Of a stretch of 64,000 nucleotides of DNA, positions 60,399 through 64,000 are shown piece by piece. Position 1 is the stretch's first letter; each line of letters opens with the position of its first letter. Under the pieces are notes generated by a model. That model had not been told where the DNA came from, did no database searches, and saw only the letters and a list, made by a program, of their open reading frames with translations. The translations under genes were made by a program, and so were the position numbers. This DNA comes from Takakia lepidozioides (Eukaryota; Plantae; Bryophyta), in assembly GCA_030704615.1 (NCBI GenBank), contig CM060731.1:95232001-95296000 (forward strand). The letters are read 5' to 3'.

Positions 60399-61234
60399 GA
60401 CCTACAGCTAGTGTATCATGGGGGTGTTTCCTATTTGTTTCCTTTTCCGCATTCATCTTAGCTACCTTACCATTGATAATTAAGTATCAGTTTGCTTCAT
60501 CAATTTATCGGTTTCCTTACTCCTCCATTCAATCCACAGCTTCACTCAGATCTCTCTACACAGTGTGATTGTATCGTATAAGTATCAGATTATGATTTAT
60601 CAGGTATCAGGCCGAAGCCATTATGTCTCTAATCTGCTCTACAATATCACTCTAGCTTTGCATATGACAAGCATCTACTAATCCTCTTTTCTCCTTCATC
60701 GTGCTCTCCGATCTCCGCTCCCGCCTGTCTCCGAAGTCCTCCCCAATAATGATCCCCTTCCTATTCCCCGTTCTTCCCTTTATCCTCCTATCCGCGGTTC
60801 TAACCGTTTCCCTCTCTAACCGTCGTATGTGAACTAACATGTTCCCTTCACTGGTGTTGTTCCCCACAGTCGTTCCCTGTCCTACTCTTCGTTCCCTATT
60901 ATCGTGACAGCTGTGTCAAGCGGTGACTGGCTGTGTTTGGCTGTGTCGGGCTGGTGACTGGCTGTGTGGCTGTGCCGGCTGTGACTGGCTGTGTGGGCTG
61001 TGTCTGCGTGACGACTGTGACGGGCTGTGTGGGCTGTTGTGGGCTGTGACGACTGTGACGGGCTGTGTTGGCTGTGTGGGCTGTGACTGCTGTGTCGGCT
61101 GTGTGGGCTATGTACCCCCCTCTACAGTGCGCTGCTGTCACCCCTAAGGTTCCTGTTTGTCTCAGTCTGTGCAAAAATTAAGGGTACCCTACAGATCCCG
61201 TATAAGTGTCTAAGTCCCCTACAGTCCTCTAACA
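60291..61234 (-). repeat. 5' LTR of copy B
   Basis: TGTTAGAG...GCGCGACA on the minus strand; adjacent PBS. Confidence 0.95.
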
Positions 61235-64000
61235 AATCGGCATTGGGGAGGTTGGTGCAGGCGCATGGCAGGTGAAGGCGTGAGGACGTAAGGACAGCAG
61301 ATCCGGCAATGGAGGTTGTTAGTGCAAGCAGTAGGGCCCGCCCACGCAAAGAAGAAGAAAGAAAGCCAAACACATGCAATCCCGGCGAGAGAGCCGTCAC
61401 GGGCTGCGGAGGGGGGAGTGAGCAGTGCGCGCGAGGGTGTCAGTTCTCCTCAATCAAAGGTGGTCATCCTGGAGGCTCCCCTGCTGCTAGCCCTAGTAAG
61501 AAACAGAAAGCCCGTGAGAGGGCAAAAGAACAGCGAGACAGAAGGCTGCCAGGAGGAAAGAGAAAAGGCCACTGAAGAGGCCAGGGGTGCCGAAATGACA
61601 GATGCCCATGTAAGCGAGGACGCACAGAGGGTGGATCCCTCCAAGACACCACAAAGAGGCAGTAACACACCGGTAACCATCGCGGACAAGAGCAGCCCCC
61701 GCAATTACCCATATGGTGGAGAGTGGAGGAGAGGAAAACCACCACAAAGAGCACGGGATTGTGCAAGTTCGAGGATGAAGCCGGGGAGATGGCCAGTAGA
61801 GACGGGGAGAGATGCTCGAGGTGGTTCGCCGGTGGTTGACATGTTGAGGAGGACAACACCGAGCTTTGACCAGGATACATCTCCCGGACATCCCCAGGCC
61901 CCAAACCCGCAGCATATAGGGCTGGATTGCGGTCCTGGTGGGTGCCGGAGAACCCTTGCAGCAGACGTCATGTCGGAGGTGGATATGAAGTTGGCCGCTG
62001 CCAAGATGTTGGAGGCAACCCACAACAACATTGGCAGGGTTGCTGGGGGGCATGGTGTACACGGCAAGCTTCCAATTCCCTTTGCCGCTTGGTTGTCTTT
62101 GAGGTGGTGAGACAGCCCTCCAGGCGATATCGACAAGCTGAAATTCTCTTTCCGGGATGGATATCGAATGGGGTCTGCCGCGTTTTACGTTTCCATTGAG
62201 AACGGACCACGGAGCTTCCCGTGCCCACACTTCCGATGAGGTGACAAATGGGGTCCCCAATTGGCAAAGGCGAAAGAGGAGTTCAAGAGATCGATTGCTA
62301 CTGATCCTCTTTTCCAGCACTGGTCCGAAAGATGTTGTACGTGTGGACGGCAATCATCGCCTCCTGGCATGGATGGAGCACATAGCCGAAGCCACCCCAA
62401 CGATCTCGATTGGCATTTCGCCGTGAGTGGGTGTGTGAAGGTTGCGGAGCCCAAGATCGCAGTCTTCTCAAAGCTGCAATGGCGGACATCAACTCATAAG
62501 TTACAAAGCTCTTGCTTGGACCCAAAATTTGTAAGTCATTTCATTGCGAAATCCTCATATTTGTTCAAAATTCCCATTCAGTATTGTTTGATGGAAATGT
62601 GGCATTGCAGGGTGACTGAGAATGCCTTCATTGCCACCAACTTGTCCCATATGCTCTTCCGAGTGAAAGATGTCGGGAAAGGGAGGGGGTGCAAGAGTTT
62701 GCCAATTTGCTCAGTGCCGACCTCCTGCGCAAGTCGGAGGCAAAAGGCAGACAGAAACTGGTATGCTGAGCATGGATGCCTGGTGGACTACATATTTGGG
62801 TAAAGCTCCTGACAGTTTTGTTGAGCTAATCTGTCTCTCCTCCCCCATAGAAGAAAAAGTGTTGAACAGGATCTCTAATCTTATGTGCGCATTCTTGACA
62901 GACAAAAATTCAGCAGGATTTGGCACATGCGCGGAGCGTTCTACATGGAGTCAGAGGAGAAGAATCTAACCCTCCCGGCACTCGAATCGTATCTCAAAGA
63001 TGCGGAGGTTGAGGGCCCGCATAAAGTACAAGTCGCGGATGGTAAAGTACGTGGCATAGCTGATCCCGCCCTGTGGTGCCGACTTTTGGGGCGGGGGGAA
63101 GCACTACTCCCGCGCTCTGAAAGCCCACGATGACATGGAGAAGCGCCATCGTCAGCCAAATCCTGTGTGGATGCAACAGAAAGGTGATACCTTCTTAACC
63201 AAATTGTGGTGGCAACAACTCGTTTTTGTTGTGGTGTTTGGCGCTTACGAATATGCTGGGTGGTTGACAGACCCGGTGGCTGCAAATCTGGAATGGTTCC
63301 CAAAGTACAAGGAGACATGAGGAGCTTCCCAAACCGGAACAAAACTGTCTGACCCGACATTCGACATGTGATGAACCGCATGACATGGTGGGTTCAGGTA
63401 CTTCCCCAGCGCTTCGTTTTGGCGCTTCTACTCTTGTAGGGGGTGGATTCATGGTATTTTTTTCAGGAATGCGATCTGATGGGAATCTCCACAGGTGACG
63501 ATGAATGCGCAAGAGCAGTGGACACACAAGCACATCAGTTCAAGATGGAGATTTCTCCTGCAGCCAGAGAGCCTATGCGACTATGTGACGATGTTGTTGG
63601 TGAATTTTGCTGTACAAAACCGACCTATCTTTCGGAAGATACCCCATGCCGCCGGAGCCACGAGTTCACCGACCAGCCAAACGCGGACAAAACAGCAATG
63701 CGCCTTCGTACAGGTACATAGTGATGCCTTCGTTTCAAATCCTGCATTTCAGGGATGTAAAGGCCTCATGTGGCGCATAAAAATTGATCCTTGGAAAAAT
63801 GGCGCCGAATGTCCAGTCCAGGGCCACCCAAAATGGCTAAGTCCCTAGAGTGGCAGGCACCGAAAACCGAAATTCGGCGCCATTTTCCATTTCAAGGACC
63901 AGTCAGTTTGGACTTAGCCATTTCGGCCGGACCTGGGAAAAATGGCGCCGAATTTCCAGTTCAGGGCTCCCCAAAATGGCTAAAGTCCCTGGGTGGCTGG

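Larger units (their letters stand above)
47986..61234 (-). mobile_element. Full-length 13.2-kb Ty3/gypsy non-chromovirus (Athila/Phygy-like) retrotransposon, copy B
   Basis: LTRs 47986-48959 and 60291-61234; 5-bp TSD AATAG/AATCG (1 mismatch); PBS; PPT; domain order gag-PR-RT-RH-INT; no chromodomain and no second RNase H seen. Confidence 0.96.
47055..63716 (+). pseudogene. Accessory ParB-MTase-like gene of copy 2, split in exon 2 by the LTR element; many indels after 61235
   Basis: MAKLKLQQE exon 1; SDDEPG exon 2 start; MKLAAAKMLEATH, DGNHRLLAWMEHI and VTENAFIATNLSHM retained. Confidence 0.88.
40565..64000. mobile_element. MULE copy 2 (decayed), running off the window end and interrupted by retrotransposon copy B
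   Basis: Starts GAGGTTAGCTATTTCATGAGC; colinear with 9135-20200 for transposase, array, accessory exons 1-6 and the start of the intron-6 array. Confidence 0.92.

Noticed and set aside
61235-64000. Dense frameshifts as biological hypermutation or programmed frameshifting (also at 28400-31900 and the gag-pol breaks in copy B)
   Set aside because: Scattered 1-nt indels, often in homopolymers and at different positions in each copy, fit low-quality long-read consensus or ordinary decay

Overview
Eukaryotic, repeat-only window with no recognisable host gene. The Tcn1-type chromovirus and Athila/Phygy-like elements suggest a non-seed land plant (inference). It is a nest of transposons: three copies of a non-chromovirus Ty3/gypsy family (1-4660 partial; 27378-31903 partial; 47986-61234 full length), a Tcn1/Tf1-like chromovirus (35292-40564), a CACTA/EnSpm transposase relic, a chromodomain plus PCIF1-like ORF fragment and a 500-N gap. 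The main feature is a 14.3-kb Mutator-like (MULE) DNA transposon at 9135-23474 with short TIRs and an 8-bp TSD (ATGCAATG), inserted in an intron of the CACTA transposase. It carries a two-exon DDE/SWIM transposase with an open reading frame and a divergent 10-exon gene of about 1490 aa. That gene fuses a ParB/Srx-like domain (DGNHR) to a beta-class N4/N6 DNA amino-methyltransferase-like domain. Most non-coding parts of the element are filled with tandem arrays of a palindrome of up to 30 bp (GGATGGAAATTCGGCGCCGAATTTCCATCC). A second, decayed copy (40565 to the window end) and a diverged relative (32404-35097) keep the same logic with different repeat units. This looks like a transposon-encoded protein plus cognate binding-site array (parS-like or VANC-like), and I am not aware of a description of it. 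All domain calls are by eye from motifs; no database search was run.
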